Assembly (NCBI RefSeq): GCF_000485595.1 | Contig: NW_014577080.1 | Coordinates: forward strand, 732,196 to 766,827 | From: Priapulus caudatus | Lineage: Eukaryota | DNA length: 34,632 nucleotides | Reading direction: 5' to 3' | Part shown: piece after piece, positions 34,456-34,632 of the stretch | How positions within the stretch are numbered: the stretch's first letter is position 1 | Layout of the letters: each line of letters starts with the position of its first letter | Position numbers and translations under genes: made by a program | Notes under the pieces: generated by a model | Databases searched by the model: none | What the model saw: only the letters and a program-made list of their open reading frames with translations | Told to the model about the DNA's origin: nothing

Positions 34456-34559
34456 GCTGTTACTTACTGGAGAGATCGTATGTACGTAGCTCCGTCTCTA
34501 CGTGTTGTCTACAGCGCGTGGCTCTGTATCTCTGCGTCTGTGTGTCTCAGTGTCTCGTA

Positions 34560-34632
34560 GGTTTATTCCCGTTTCGCCATTTTCCCACTTCGCCATTTCC
34601 CATTTCGCCATTAAAATTTCCCATTTCGCCAT
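34560..34632. repeat. 15-bp motif TTCCCATTTCGCCAT x4; probable subterminal repeats of an element continuing past the window
   Basis: TTCCCGTTTCGCCAT, TTCCCACTTCGCCAT, TTCCCATTTCGCCAT (x2). Confidence 0.7.

Overview
Repeat-rich, intron-dominated eukaryotic genomic DNA, probably from an invertebrate animal. It comes from a draft assembly with three N gaps and visibly error-prone stretches. The one recognisable host gene is a + strand puratrophin-1/PLEKHG4-PLEKHG4B-ARHGEF40 family RhoGEF. Four phase-compatible exons can be read (24098-26657, 26921-27034, 27475-27589, 28050-28149). They encode the family N-terminal domain, a long S/T/E-rich linker with about 21 copies of an 11-aa repeat, and the start of the SEC14/CRAL-TRIO-like domain. 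The large exon has one in-frame TGA (24803-24805). The window starts inside a decayed minus-strand DNA transposase that best fits Academ. The rest is microsatellites, two ~52-bp minisatellites and non-autonomous elements: hAT-type MITEs with perfect 8-bp TSDs, Harbinger-like MITEs, Helentron/DINE-1-like elements and TIR elements carrying (TTAGGG)n-like repeats. The most unusual signal is a family of tiny self-complementary insertions with ATCAGGAGT...ACTCCTGAT ends and 3-bp TSDs. Their arms differ between copies but match within each copy, and some copies are nested inside one another. Most entries in the ORF track are microsatellite artefacts. All family assignments are from motif recognition, not database searches.
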